DNA of 63,935 nt, filler included, from Cercozoa sp. M6MM (GCA_040357565.1; 9 parts of 9 records of this genome joined end to end with filler, not necessarily neighbours in it), one strand, 5' to 3'. Positions 27,286 to 40,325 are shown, counted from the first letter of the whole stretch. Notes: generated from the letters alone by a model not told the origin. Translations and numbers: made by a program.

Positions 27286-30200
27286 TCAGAAGCGACGGCG
27301 ACCAAAAGAACGTCGCTTCTTGCCAGTCGAGTTTGACTGGGAGGCAGGCGACGTGAGCGCGGCCAGTCGGTCGTCGAGTTGCAGCGTAAACACGTCGTCA
27401 GCATCGCTATCGTCAGCAGCAGCGGCTTCCTTCTTCTTGACCGTTGTTTTTTTGACTGTTGACTTCTTTTTCTTTTTCGAAGCCGACTTTTTCGCTTTCT
27501 TTTTCGCCGGAGTTTTTTTGCGCTGCTTTTCGCAATGACAGCTAGTTAAGCATATTAAACTAAATTACATGTAGAAAGTGGGTACCGTAGACGCGGCCTC
27601 TTCGGGCACGTAGTCGTCGGCACTGTCGTCGGCATGCGAAGACGACTCGTCGAGCTCAAAGTCGCTGTCCGAGTCGATTTCGGTCAACGGCTTGCGTGGC
27701 GCCGCTTTGCGACGCGAGCGGAGACCGAAACTGCGCCGCTTTCGCTCCGAAGATCCGAACTCGTCGAGTTTTTCGCTTTCGCTCTTTTTCATCGCTTCTT
27801 CGACTTGCTTCGTCGCTTCTTCGACTTGCTTCATAGCTTCTTCGACTTGCTTCATCTCTTCTTCGTCTGCTTTCGCTTTGTCGATTGTCTTCGTCGCTTT
27901 TTCGACTGTCCGCGCCGATTTATCGGAGTGCTTAGTCGTTTCGGCTCGCTTCGTTGCTTGTTCGTTTGGCGTCATCGCTTTTTCGACATGCTTCGTTGCT
28001 TTTTTGATTGGCGTCATCGCTTTTTCGACTTGCTTCGCCGCTTTTTCTACTGGCTTCGCAGTCTCTTCGACTGGCTTCGCAGCTGCTTCGACTGGCTTTG
28101 TCGCTTTTTCGACATTATCGATTTGCTGGAGCTGTTTCGTCGCTTGCTTCGAATTTGAACTCGGAATTTCGTCGAAGAAGAGTTCAGTTTCAATTTTCGC
28201 AGTCGTTTTTGCAGTTTTATTTTTGGCTGGTATTGCTTGACGCGTCTTCTTTTTCGGTCTCGGGTCGACGTCGTCTTGGAGCAGTACGAGGTCGCCTGAG
28301 AGGAGAAACAGTGTAGACTGAAGGCGACACTGAGTGGAGTGGGCATATCAAGAACTGAACGTACCGACGAAATCATCGTCGAGTTGAAGTTGCTGTGACG
28401 ACGAGATCTGCGAGGCCGTGCGCTTGTCACCGAGGACAGCGTTTCTTTGTTGCTGTCGTTTCGGTTGTTGTTTTTCAATTCCAAGTCGTTGTTTTTCAGG
28501 TTGTTGTTGTTGTTGACGTTGTTGTTGCCGTTGTTGTTGTTGTTGCTGTTGTTTCGCTAGGGCCTTGAGTTCAGCACGTAGCTGTTGGATGATCTCGTGT
28601 TGCGCGCGATTTTCGTGTCGCAAATCGTCGTGTTTGCGTTGCGCTTGGAGTTGCGCACGTTGCTGCTCGGCAGCGAGTTGTTGTTTCTCCTCCTGCAAGG
28701 TGAGAAGTTGGCGTTCGAAGGTTTTGCGAGTCGCGGCGAGTTGACGTTCGAGTTCATCGGCGTTGGCACTGGTTTCGGCTGCCTTGGCTTGGCAGAGGTC
28801 GCGCAACTGCGAGACAAAGTGCTGCTGCACAAAGTTCGCGACCGAGCTGACGTCTTCTTGTTCCACAGCCTCGTGCAGCAGCGATTTGAGCTTGTGTTCC
28901 TGGGCTGCCGATGGCTTGGGCAGACCGTGTGATTCGCACTCGGCTAGATATCAGTACAATCTACAGTTCACACAAAGTCTGCAGGTGGTTGTACCTGTCA
29001 AAAAGTCGCACAGCGAGGTGAAAGTGTCACATCGCCAGCTTTCGATCAGTTGCTCCTGCTGTGTGAGTTGAGACTCTGCGTCCTGGATCTCCTTCTTGAG
29101 ACAGCGTTGTTCCACTCCGAGTTCGCACAGCAGCGTCTCGTCCGAGCTGTCCGAAGGCACGGCCAGCACACCGTTCAACTCGGCAACTGCGGCCGACAGT
29201 TCGCGGATTTCGGAGCGTCGTTGCGAACTCTGCTCGGCGGCCGAAGTGAGTTGGTGTTCGAGTTGTCGAACCACAGTGAACTTGGATCCCAGTAGCGATT
29301 CGATCTTCGCCTGTGCAGACGCTAACTTGGCCGGAGTTTCTGCCAGCATGGAGGTGATGCCATCGCAAGTCTCGACGGCACTGTTTTCTTCAAGTGACTC
29401 GAGATTCGCGCAGAAGGCATCACAGGCCGCCAGGACTTGCTGCTGCTGCTCTTGCTTGAGCTCGACATGTTCCTCGAGTTGCTGGATGCGGTGCACCCGT
29501 TCTCGCTCGGCCATCTGGCGACTCATGAGACGCGATTGCAGCGACATGGACTCGGTGTGCAACGCGTGCGTCTGCTGCTGCGTGTGTTGGATTTCCATAT
29601 CCTACGCAGGGTGTTCAGTGACATTTCTAGTTGATTCAATACAAAATAACGTTTGTACCGTTTGCATGGCGGTTTTCTTGAGTGTCTCGTAGTCTTTGAG
29701 AATCGAAACATTTTGAGGCTTGAGTCTCGCGCACTCCTGGCGCAGTGCCTTCTCCTCGCTCACTTCCTGATCGATACTCTGCTGCAACTGAGCGTTCTCT
29801 TGACACAGGCGTTCCAACTGTTCCTCGGCCTCTTTACGCTGCTGCTGGACGAACTTGTACTCCTCCTCCATGCTTTGCAAGGAATCTTTCGACCGATCCA
29901 TCTGTCCGACAAGGAGTTTTGACAAGATATGAACAGAAAGGAGGGAGTGTGAAGGACCATGCGCATCTGCAAGTCGAGTTCCTTTCGTTCGTCGTCCGTT
30001 TTCTCCAGTTTCTGTTTCAGTTGGGCAGTTTCGGCACGCAGCGACGCGATTTCTTCTGCCGTTTCAGCTCCGATCTGTCTCTCCTCTGCAAGGGAGGGGG
30101 TAAAGGGTAAACCGGAGGGGTCGGGGTATCTGGCGTGCTACCTTCCAAGCGCTGGGCAGACATTCTGACCTCGTTCTGGACTTCGGGAATCTGCGAAGTG

Positions 30201-31064
30201 TAGGAAGCTAATTGCTCGCGATTGTCCTGGAGTTTCTGCTGCTCGTGGAGAAGCTCGCGGTGACGTTTTGCCCACTCGGTAAGGACCTCGAGTCGCATGG
30301 CTTCGTGCTCCTTCTTTCGTCTGTCGGCGTCCTCGCCGAGCTGCGACGACGAAGCATCGAGGCCACGTGCCGTTGCAGCGACGCGGTCAAAGACTCGTGC
30401 CATCGAAACGGCGATGTTTCTGCATCCACCGCTGAAGCTAACAGTAACTGGTAGAACCAAGCAAGTCGAAGTACCTTAGATCAGAAATGCCATTTTCGGT
30501 GGCCAAGTTGAGACTGAACACACAACAGCGAACAACTGAAATTTCAGAGAACAACTGAAAGCAGTGCTGTACACGTTGTCTTTGATTTCCTGCGTGCACA
30601 GCATCAAAGATAGGTCAAGCAAGTGTCTCAAAAATAACTGAACTGACTTGTGATTTTACCAACAGCGACAGGCGCTTTTCGATTGAGTGACGCGACTCTT
30701 CGATGTGCTTCTGAATGTACTGACGTTGCTTTCCGATGACTTCAAAGTCTGCAACGCGTGCAGACAGTTTCCTTTGAGCGACTTGGACCCGGCGATGCAC
30801 CTCAATCATGCGTCGCAAGCGCGCACGTTCGCGAATGTTGTCGTCTTGGATCGCATGGAAAGCACTGGCCTGCCTGCCGAGCAGATACACTACTTTCCCG
30901 AGATTCACTGAGTTGTTGGTGCTTGAGACTTGCTGGTCGCTCTCGATTCCGCCGTTCAAAACAGGCGCTTGAAGCTCGTTGCGGCTCGCTTCACTCTCGG
31001 CAATCTCGTGACGTGCATGCAGCTGCAATCCTTGCAAAAGACCTGGCGCAGCCGCTTCGGACAT
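27286..31064 (-). CDS. Long coiled-coil protein with a heptad-repeat linker and a Lys-rich basic tail
   Basis: Consecutive Q/E/L-rich ORFs (30615-31064, 30017-30460, 29602-29925, 28951-29598, 28348-28866, 27565-28017) joined by short introns. Ends KKTPAKKKAKK...GKKRRSFGRRRF*. Confidence 0.7.
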
Positions 31065-31446
31065 GTTGCTAGCGTGCCGATAGCGCTCTTAACCAACTCG
31101 TGGCGGCTTTTAGTGGGAACTTGCTCTTTATTTTCACGGTAAATTTACCCCAGGACTGCCAAGCGGGTAAATTGATAAAATTTACTCGAACAAGATTGTT
31201 AACCCCACTCGCAGTAGGTTTTTTGAAAAACGAGGTCCATCAGCAACTTAATAGAGCTGCAACGTGCTCGGAATTTAGCTAATCACTACCTTCAGAGTGC
31301 ATTTTCTAAAGGTGGGTCAACATGACAGTAATTGACCATGGATGGTCAGTCCATTTTGTCACGTTCAGCGCGGATGAGATCGTCAGATCGCGTCGTAATG
31401 AGATCTTCGCACTAAATTTGCTCAAAATATAGCACAAGCAGCTGCG

Positions 31447-33210
31447 ATGCGAGACACTACAGAGAACGCAACACGACAGCTGCAAAGAGTTTCAGAAAAG
31501 TAGATTTTTTCTTTCAACTGAATTGCTTTCATCGACCGCCGTGCTGGTTGTATTTTGTATACTGTAGGTACGTGGAGTTGTGCACACAGTCTGACTTGAT
31601 TCCGGAAACATTACGATGGAGCATCGTCGAACCCAGTGATACACCAACTGTCCCACTGCAGCAACGCCGCATCGAGGCCAGATTGGACTGTAGTTCTCAA
31701 GGGTTAACTGATGGACATGTTGTAGCCTTGGCTGCAATTCTGTCGCAGTCCCGGGCTTGGCTTAGCTTGTCATGTTTAAACGTTAGCGACAATCGCATCT
31801 CTGCGAAAGCAATCGAAACACTCGCATCGTTGCTGTGCAATGGCACACTCTCGTCGTTGCGAAAGCTTGAAGTTGCCAACAACTCGGTCGGATCAGCAGG
31901 CATAGCTTCACTGTTTCGTTCGCTATGGAGATCGAAAAGCCGTTTAAGGTATTAACTTTGATCCATTTGCCTTGCAAAACTTTGCAGGTTTACATTTACG
32001 CCCATATAAACAGAGCCCTCGACATATCCAACTGTGCAATCGGATCTCGTTTTTTCGCCGACGGGCAAAGTGGAATCACTCGATACCTCACTTCTCCTCA
32101 ATGTTGTTTGCAACAACTATTCGTGCGCTCCATCACGGTGAAATATGTTAACAAACCGCAAGAAGGAGAAAGGTAAAGGCTTTACAGTACCAATAGAGGG
32201 CACATTTATGCTTACCGAATCATGCTAACAGGCTTCTCTCAAAGATTGAAAACTTGCTTCGCGAGCATTGCACGAAAGCAACGCCTTCCTTTTCGTGGAA
32301 ACCGCTGGAACTGTCTCGCGACTTTAACACATTTCTCGCCAACGACATCGACTCGCTCGGTGTCCAAAAGTTGGTTTCCGCCATCGCACGGAACAAGAGC
32401 TTGAGGACAGTGAATTTTCAAGGTTTGGAACTGCACTCACTCGACGCTTTGTTGCTTCGCGCCCTGTCAAAACGAGCAACCCCCACTGATGACGTTTCAT
32501 TCACGCTTTCGATCCCAATTACAAAAAGTGCAGTTGAAGCTGTCGTTGATGCTTTGCTTCAATTCTGCGAGCACCAAAGGAACGCTTCACCTCGAGGCAC
32601 AATTAACTTGGGTTCGGCGGTGCTGTCTGTGCGCGACTCGCGTTCCCATTCTTTGACGACGAGTGCATCCTCCCAAGTTCCAGATCTGGGCGATTCTCAA
32701 TCGAGGGCCAATGATATTGAAGAAAAGATTTCCGAGATCATCCAAGAGCAGTCCACCACGCGTAAGATTGCAGCAACACAGGAAGCAAGTTGGAGACAAG
32801 AGCAAAAGCATCTGCAAAACAAAGTCGACGAATTAAATTTGCAGCTTGATTTGCTGAAGCGCGATGTGCTTCCACAAGACGCAACGAGGAATGTGGGTGT
32901 AAGTTTAGACGCGACGAGAAACTTCAAAGCTGTAGGCACGGGTATTCCATACAAGATAAAGTCGCTCGATAACATTCTGCGACAAAAAAGCACAGAAGCG
33001 CGCTTGTTGAGGGACAAGATGAAACAACTGACGCTTGAAACTCAACAACTGCGGGTACATCTGCAGCTGTCCGAGCGAGCACGGAATGAACTTGAGGAGC
33101 AACTGCGTGAGGAAGAAAGCGGAGCTGTACTCGCTTCACAACAAGCTGAACAACAACTACGAGATAAACTGCAACAACAAACGACGGCACTGAACTCGAA
33201 AACACGTACA
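31447..33210 (+). CDS. Ribonuclease-inhibitor-like LRR protein with coiled coil, 3'-truncated
   Basis: LRR motifs LSCLNVSDNRI, LRKLEVANNSVG, ALDISNCAIG and LRTVNFQG, then a coiled coil in ORF 32254-33276. Confidence 0.75.
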
Positions 33211-33286
33211 GTAAAGATATACAGTATCTGTACACGAGCAGTACTTCAGCTTGTGTATTGGGAGTCCAGCTTATAATAAATAAATA

Positions 33287-33341
<55 letters not shown>

Positions 33342-33444
33342 GTGNNNNNNNNNNNNNNNNNNNNNNNNNNNNNNNNNNNNNNNNNNNNTTAATTAATTAA
33401 NNNNNNNNNNNNNNNNNNNNNNNNNNNNNNNNNNNNNNNNNNNN

Positions 33445-33524
<80 letters not shown>

Positions 33525-33559
33525 TGTTAGGTATTGATATTTGGGGGTGTGTTGAGCAG

Positions 33560-34503
33560 GAACCTGCCATCATGAAGCGCGATGAGTTTATCTCGGGTAT
33601 CACAGCCTTCCCTGGCTTCCTTTATTCCCTCCTGGTTTTGCTTCCTTCCCTTGCTGCTTCTATTGTTTCCTCTTGCTGTGCTGTGCAGGCATGCAGAACC
33701 TCGGCTGCTCCACCATGTCTGATCTGAAGAGGAAGGTCAAAAACTTCTCGCGTGAACTCATGGACGCGCGTGTCTTCAAGAGTAACCTTAGACTTTGTTC
33801 CCGCCTTTATCAGACAGACCCTACCTAGACCCTCCTTTATCCCACTTGGTTTTATTATCTGCAGAGTTCTACAAGCACGTGTTTGACGCGTCACGCAAGG
33901 CGCAGGAGACCAACAAGCGCACGCTGCCGTGGGACCATGGTAAAGGAACCTGCTGTGCCTCTGTACCCCTTTATTAAGCCCTCCTTACTCTCTCCCTCTT
34001 GTACTACGTGTACAGCCTTCACGCTGCTGCGTCTGCTGGTGGGCGATGTCCACTCGCAGCACGTCGAAGCTTTCGGCGACTTCATCGAGACTGAGTACGG
34101 CGACCTGTCCTTCTGCCTCGTGTGCTCTGGTATCCATGCTCGTAGGTACCTCGAGGATCACCCGAACTGGCGTATCAACGCCGATCAGTGGTACAAATCG
34201 TGCATACATATGTATATATCTTATATGTCCATGTGTGGCGAGACAATTCCTGTGCTCTGTGTGTCTGTCCAGGATGAGCTTCCTCGACTTTGCCCAGATC
34301 GTCAACGCCAAAACATTGGATGGTACCCGAAGAATACATGCCTTGTGTTGTCTGTGTGTCTGTGTGTCTGTGTCTGTGTCTGTGTCTGTGTGTGTCTGTG
34401 TCTGTGTCTGTGTGATGTTGTGGCACGCACAGGCTACGACGACGACGGCGCCTGGCCCGTGCTGTTCGACGAATTCGTCGAGTACCTGCAGAAGAAGAAC
34501 TGA
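33560..34503 (+). CDS. DCN1: DCN1-like (DCUN1D) cullin neddylation protein, PONY domain, 5'-truncated
   Basis: REFISGMQNLGC-like helix, FYKHVFD, INADQW|MSFLDF, GYDDDGAWPVLFDEFVEY. Confidence 0.9.
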
Positions 34504-34639
34504 AGAAACGGCACTAGTACGGTAACGTCAGCTAAATCGGACTTGCGGCAACTGTCGGTCAGGCCAGGCTTCGCTACGTTACGTTATCGTATGCTTTGGC
34601 TGGCGGGCTGGGATACAGTAGCCCCGTGAGACAGGGGTC

Positions 34640-34985
34640 TAGAATGTTCTAGAAATGCATCGAGAAACACGAACTTTCTAGAACCGCTCTAGAAATATGT
34701 TAGAAATGCACTAGAAATATAGTAGAAACTGTAGAAATACAGTAGAAACTGTAGAAATATATTAGAAATGGATAGAAATACACTAGAAATGCAATAGAAT
34801 AGTTGGAAATGGAATAGAATACACTAGAAATACAATAGAATAGTTAGAAATGGAATAGAATGCACTAGAAATACAATAGAATAGTTAGAAATAAGCTAGA
34901 ACCAAGTTAGAAATAAGCTAGAACCAAGTTAGAAATGAGCTAGAACCAAGTTAGAAAGAGTAGAACTATAGAATAACGTAGAACT
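34640..34985 (+). repeat. Subterminal TAGAA(AT) repeat array of the TIR element (shorter array at 38610-38672)
   Basis: Dozens of TAGAA cores with higher-order units such as TAGAAATAAGCTAGAACCAAGT. Confidence 0.9.
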
Positions 34986-34996
34986 GCGATGCTCAA

Positions 34997-36320
34997 TTAC
35001 GATGACCGAGGCTTTTTCGCACGAGCCCGACGAGGCCGGTTGCCGGCCGAACGACGCTTTGCGCCGGCCTGCGGTTCGACTGGCGTAGATGCTGCTTCCT
35101 TGTCTCGCTTGGCTTTCACAAAATCGGCGTCCGTTGCGGCCTCGGCGCGCTCCTGCGAGACAGTAAAATTGTCGAAAGCAAAACCAACACTCTATCCCAC
35201 GACAACAATCACAGTGGATACCAATAAGATCTTCCAGGCCCCCCGGTAGTTCTGCACGTGCGCACGCACCTCGTCGCTGTAGTTCGATGCGAAGTCCGTG
35301 ACATCTCGTTGTTCTTTGCCCTAAAGACAGAAAAGAGACATTAAAGATACGGTCTAAACTAAACGAGCAATGAATTAAAGATACTACCTGCAAGGTGACA
35401 GGGTGCGACAGCTCGACGAGAGTCCACATGACGTAGAACTCCTTCTCTGCAGCCAGCGAAGTTATTTGAAAGTGCAAGTTCGACGGGAGTGCGAGAGCAA
35501 TACCACTCGGCGGCAGGAACACCGAGCGACCTAGCAGGTTCCACAGCGGCTTCAACGGCTTGTCCACCCACTCGTCTGGCTGCCGCTGCAAGCGTTCGAT
35601 CTGGGCGCTGTTGATCTTGGGAAACAGCGCAGGCTGCATCAGTACACGGTACCAAATATTAACAGCGGGAAAATCGTCTACAGTACCAGTAGGCGCGAGT
35701 GAGACGAGGGCTCATCCGTCGACAAATACACGCGCAGAAACAAGTCACCGACGGGGCACTGTAGAAAAAACGATGTTAGCACAAAATGTGGACATACCGA
35801 TGATACCGCAAGCAGGCGAGCCATGCGAACGATACATGTCGCGGGATCCTCGACTTGGCTTAGACAGTACACGCACTCCACGTTTTTCACGGTCAGCGTC
35901 GGCAGCGCTTCGTAAACATCCAGGAGTGGGCCGGGATCTTCATACACACGCACACACACACACATATATACATATATATATATATGTAGATCGTGACATG
36001 ACTGCAGGAGTTGTGTAAAGACAATACCAGGTATGACGAGTTAGAGCACGCCGAGAGCGTTGTTCTTGCCTCACTTACTCCCGCCGAACTACAGTGCGCA
36101 AAGACACGTCTATGCCGCACGCACACACGGACACACAATACCAGTACACATGTTCACACAGATACAGTAGGTAAAAAACCCGGACCGACACAGAGACAGG
36201 CACAAATACTGGCATATAACACGGACACCATCAAACACGCACACAGCAATACCTCAATTTCAGCATCATCTGCCAAGGCGCTGATATCGCAGCCACTCAC
36301 GCCAGCTTGAATCTGTAGGC
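34997..36320 (-). CDS. Spliced orphan gene inside the TIR element; 5' end unresolved
   Basis: In-phase exons DPGPLLDVYEALP...RLLA|CPVGDLFLRVY...|PALFPKINS...VTLQ|GKEQRDV...WKILL|ERAEAATDADF...RRARAKKPRSS*. Confidence 0.65.
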
Positions 36321-36799
36321 ATACCACTTCATGACATGCACACGAGCACCGAAACAAATTCAAATCTCAGTACAGGAATGTCAACCTTTAACGTGGGTGT
36401 TGCATCACCGGGATAGCACGAAATCGCTCAGGTTGGCCCCAGTGGCCGTCTCTGCCACTTGTGCCGACTCACCTGACCGGGGCGGCTGCGGCTGCGGCTG
36501 CGCGCTGGTTGACTACGCACACCGGCGAAAATCGACAACCAGACGATATGCGCAAAAAAAAAAACAGAAACCCCCGCAACAACGCACCGCACTCAAAGCA
36601 TCCGCGGCAGCTGCCGAGCCGACAGCAGGGACCGCGAGCACAAGCGTGCAGTGGCGTTCCGGCGGACGGGCAGTCTCGCTGACCGTTTCTTTTTCCGCTC
36701 CCCTTTTAACTTTAAAAAAAAAACAAAATTGCGAGCAAACCTGGACACCATTAAAGGCCCTGCCTTCGAATACGTTCTGTGTTTGTAGCAATTTTATCA

Positions 36800-37701
36800 T
36801 GACTAGCGGCGACTACTGTCTGAGTATCGTATCACTCGGGCTTCGAAAACGAAATCAAATAGAGAAAGGTCACCGGCATCACAGACCATCTTCGCGAAGT
36901 GCTCCCGCGAGCACCCTGCGCCAGCCAGGTCGCAAGCAAAGTTGAGCAACCACTAAAACGGTGAGCCCAGACACCCTGTTGAGAAATCCAGAGATCACAG
37001 AAAGCATTACCGTGCACCCGGCTGGGCATGCTTCCGGTGCCGTGCGAATGGGCCCGTCGCCGAGAGTGTATGGGGGGAGGTCTCGAGTGAGAAAGACGAG
37101 GGCACGAATGATGTCCGGTACCCAGATCTGTGCGCGCATACGACACTCGTGATGTCGTGCGCGACGACCTCGAGGAGAGATATTCGTACCCTTGTAACCC
37201 TTGCGAAGACAGCAACTCTGTGCCTTGACGAATCTGTGTGGACCGCATGGCATTCGTGCGATAGATTAGAGGTACGCTGAAGTAGCGTACCTGACGCGTA
37301 GGACGGTACGGTTTAGCAAGTGCAGATCAACCGAAAAAAACCTAGCACGGGTTGGGTTTCCTTACATACATCTACACCAAAGCGTATCTGCGCCTGCTCG
37401 AGTACTGTATTAAACGGAATATTGCGGCACGGCAATGATGTGGATCACAGCTGGATGATTTTTTCTGCAGCTGATGCGACTCCGGCTTTTGGTGTTTTTC
37501 TCTTATCGGGTTGCAGTGAAACCTGGTATTATGAGTATGCACCCAACCAGACAATGCCGCGCTGCAATGACGGCAGATTGCAGATTCGGTCTGCTTCCAG
37601 GGACAGCACGGTATGGAGTCAGCTGTGCCACAGAAGCGGACTGGAGACTTGTCGAGCAGTTTCGCTGGTCGCACGAATTCTCGCTGAAACAGAACCTGTT
37701 T

Positions 37702-37748
<47 letters not shown>

Positions 37749-38181
37749 GCCGAACGCCGGTAGCGTCAGCGAATCATTGAAAGCTTACCCCGGGAGAACG
37801 AGAGTACAACTTGATATCCGTGTGGGTTTCGTCGGGGTGAGCGACGACTCGAGTTCGGAAGAGTTCGACGACGATGTGAATTTGCAACTCGATGTGGCCT
37901 ACCAAATAGAAGCGCAACTCGCGAACATGGACAAGGAGGAGGAGGGAACCGCAACGATAGCAAGACACTCCGTTTGAGGCACCGACTTGGCAGAAGCCAG
38001 TGCACGAAGCGAGCAAGTGTACGAGTCCTTTCGGTCTCCTCTTGTGCGACCGGTGGTAGACTTGTCAGAGGGCGTATTTAAACTCCCAGGAGGTAACGTA
38101 CAGTACTGTACTGTACGGTCAAACCTACGGGTCCAGATAACAACGCCTGTGCCATGGTCTCACCATCGATTCGGCCCATGA
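36800..38181 (+). CDS. Possible second, divergently oriented spliced or decayed gene inside the TIR element
   Basis: Exon-like GT-AG-bounded segments (WACFRCRANG; EADWRLVEQFRWSHEF; acidic SDDSSSEEFDDD). I could not assemble an unbroken frame. Confidence 0.3.
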
Positions 38182-38913
38182 TGTTATGGTTGAAACTCGA
38201 GCACAAATTTGGATCTAAATTGAACTCAACAATTGAAAGATCGTACATCCGCTGGTAGGCCCACGGAACAACAAAGTCTCATTGCCCGTTAACTATGGTT
38301 CGCCCATGGTTCCGGGTGCAGCGTCCAAGTAGGACACGCTCGTCAGTGAGGACTTGGAGTGCGTGGTGGGCTGTAGCAAGCGCATTCCTACAAAACTTGC
38401 TAAAGTTTTAGACTTTTGCATCATCCTCAATTTTTTTGCTCATATAGCGTTCTAAGCAGGCCACAGTGCTCGAAACACTGCACGCTGCACTGTGATGCGG
38501 GCTGCTGTTTTCTAAACCAGGGTTTAAAGTCGTTTGACCGTTTTGTGGGGTGGCACAAGTCCGTGCATTTTCGACCCATTTCTAGCGATTTCTACCCGTT
38601 CTGTGATTTCTAGAGCCAGCCTAGAAATCCTAGAAATCCTAGAAATGTGTTAGATTATTCTAGACCATTCTAGACCCCTGTCTCACGGGGTAGCTATCGT
38701 CCAGCACGTACAGCGTCTGGTCGACCAACGTGTCAACCAACGTACGGTAGTCTTAGCAAGGCAGGTGTTTACGTAACGTAAGAAAATTTCAACTGAATCG
38801 GATCTAATCCAAGCCCCGGCAGATGCAGTCACAGGAAGGAACGGCGCAGTGCCGCTCACCCGAGTCAAACCACTGCGTTAGGTGGTCTGCATGTCCTCCT
38901 GCCCATACACACA

Positions 38914-38963
<50 letters not shown>

Positions 38964-39089
38964 NNNNNNNNNNNNNNNNNNNNNNNNNNNNNNNNNNNNN
39001 NNNNNNNTTAATTAATTAANNNNNNNNNNNNNNNNNNNNNNNNNNNNNNNNNNNNNNNNNNNNATATATATATATATATGCTGAGAGCA

Positions 39090-40325
39090 GTACCAGCAAT
39101 GAAGCGCTCGTTGAGCAGCCCGAGTCGGCGCAGGTTCTGCGTCGGCGTGCAGCAGTGCTCACTGAGGTGGCGTGGCGCACCGTCGGCCACGTCGGACTTG
39201 GGAGCCAACGAGGCACGCACCTCGGCGTCTGTCTCCTGCAGGTGCGTCATCAAAGGCGTCTGGTACTCGGTAGCCATCCTGTCCAGCACCCCACCAGATA
39301 CCCAAAGCACACATCAACCTTTCTCTCAAAGGAAACAAGGCACCTGTGACACTCCTGGAAGGTGTCTTCGGACACTGTGTACGGAGCGTGCGGTGCTGGA
39401 CAGTACGTGATCATTCCGTCTGCTTCTGCAAACACTCGGAAAGTGAAAGCACCAAGGGAACAACTTGAAAAGAGTGTCAAGACTACCATCGCGCTGCGCA
39501 TGCACTTGCTTCATGAGTGCTTCGCCTTCCTGCAGGTACTCCTTGGCGCAGGTGCCAGCACCAGGCATCTCGAACTCAAAGATGTTGCAACCAATCACGC
39601 CACGAATGCCTGTCTCGCGAAACACCTTTGCCGTGACCTGAGCCACATCGGGAGACGGATCACAAGCAGGTGTTGACAGACTCGAAGGACAAAGATGCAC
39701 GGTACAGAAGGACGGAAGTACATGTCGCCAAAGCACGTGGTGCCTCCACGCAATGCCTCGGCCACGGAAAGTCGCACACTCGTGCGCATGAAGTCATCGC
39801 CCTGTCCGTTGAATGTCGACTCGGCCGGCCAGATGAACTCGCGCAGCCATTGCTGTCAACACACAAGGTCAACACACATGCAGTCAGTCGGCACAATCCG
39901 TGCGCACGGTTTAAAGGCTACTGCAAGAACTAAAACACAAAGAAACCAATGCACCTGCAGCGACATATCGTCGGCAATGCCACGCAACAGCGTGAGTCCG
40001 CAATGCGAGTGAGCATTCACAAAGCCCGGCAGCATCACGTGCTCTGGCCGCTCGATCATCTTGTACGACGGGTACTTTTGCAACGCGCTATCGCGCGGCA
40101 GCACCTCCTGCGCAAAGCCCACGGCTTGCACTGTGTGCATCTTAAACATGCCAACAAAAGGACGCACCTCGATGACGCCATTCGCATCGAAGGCAACTCC
40201 GTGATTCTCGCTGCAATTTGTCGCAATTCCGCGTATGCATGTGCACGCGGATATAGAAGAAGAGGAGCGTACAGCACAGAGTCACTGGTGAGCGGCAGAA
40301 CAAAACGCGGAAGGACAAGCGTCAT
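39090..40325 (-). CDS. Amidohydrolase of the MtaD (MTA/SAH deaminase)/TRZ-ATZ group, 3'-truncated
   Basis: MLPGFVNAHSHCGLTLLRGIADDMSLQ|QWLREFIWPAE, EALRGGTTCFGDMYF, APHAPYTVS, THLQET. Confidence 0.9.

Larger units (their letters stand above)
34622..38690. mobile_element. 4,069-bp TIR DNA transposon-like element (CCCC termini, TAG target-site duplication)
   Basis: 34622-34654 CCCCGTGAGACAGGGGTCTAGAATGTTCTAGAA is the reverse complement of 38658-38690 with one mismatch (first 25 bp perfect). TAG flanks both ends (34619-34621, 38691-38693). Lies within a single contig. Confidence 0.88.
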
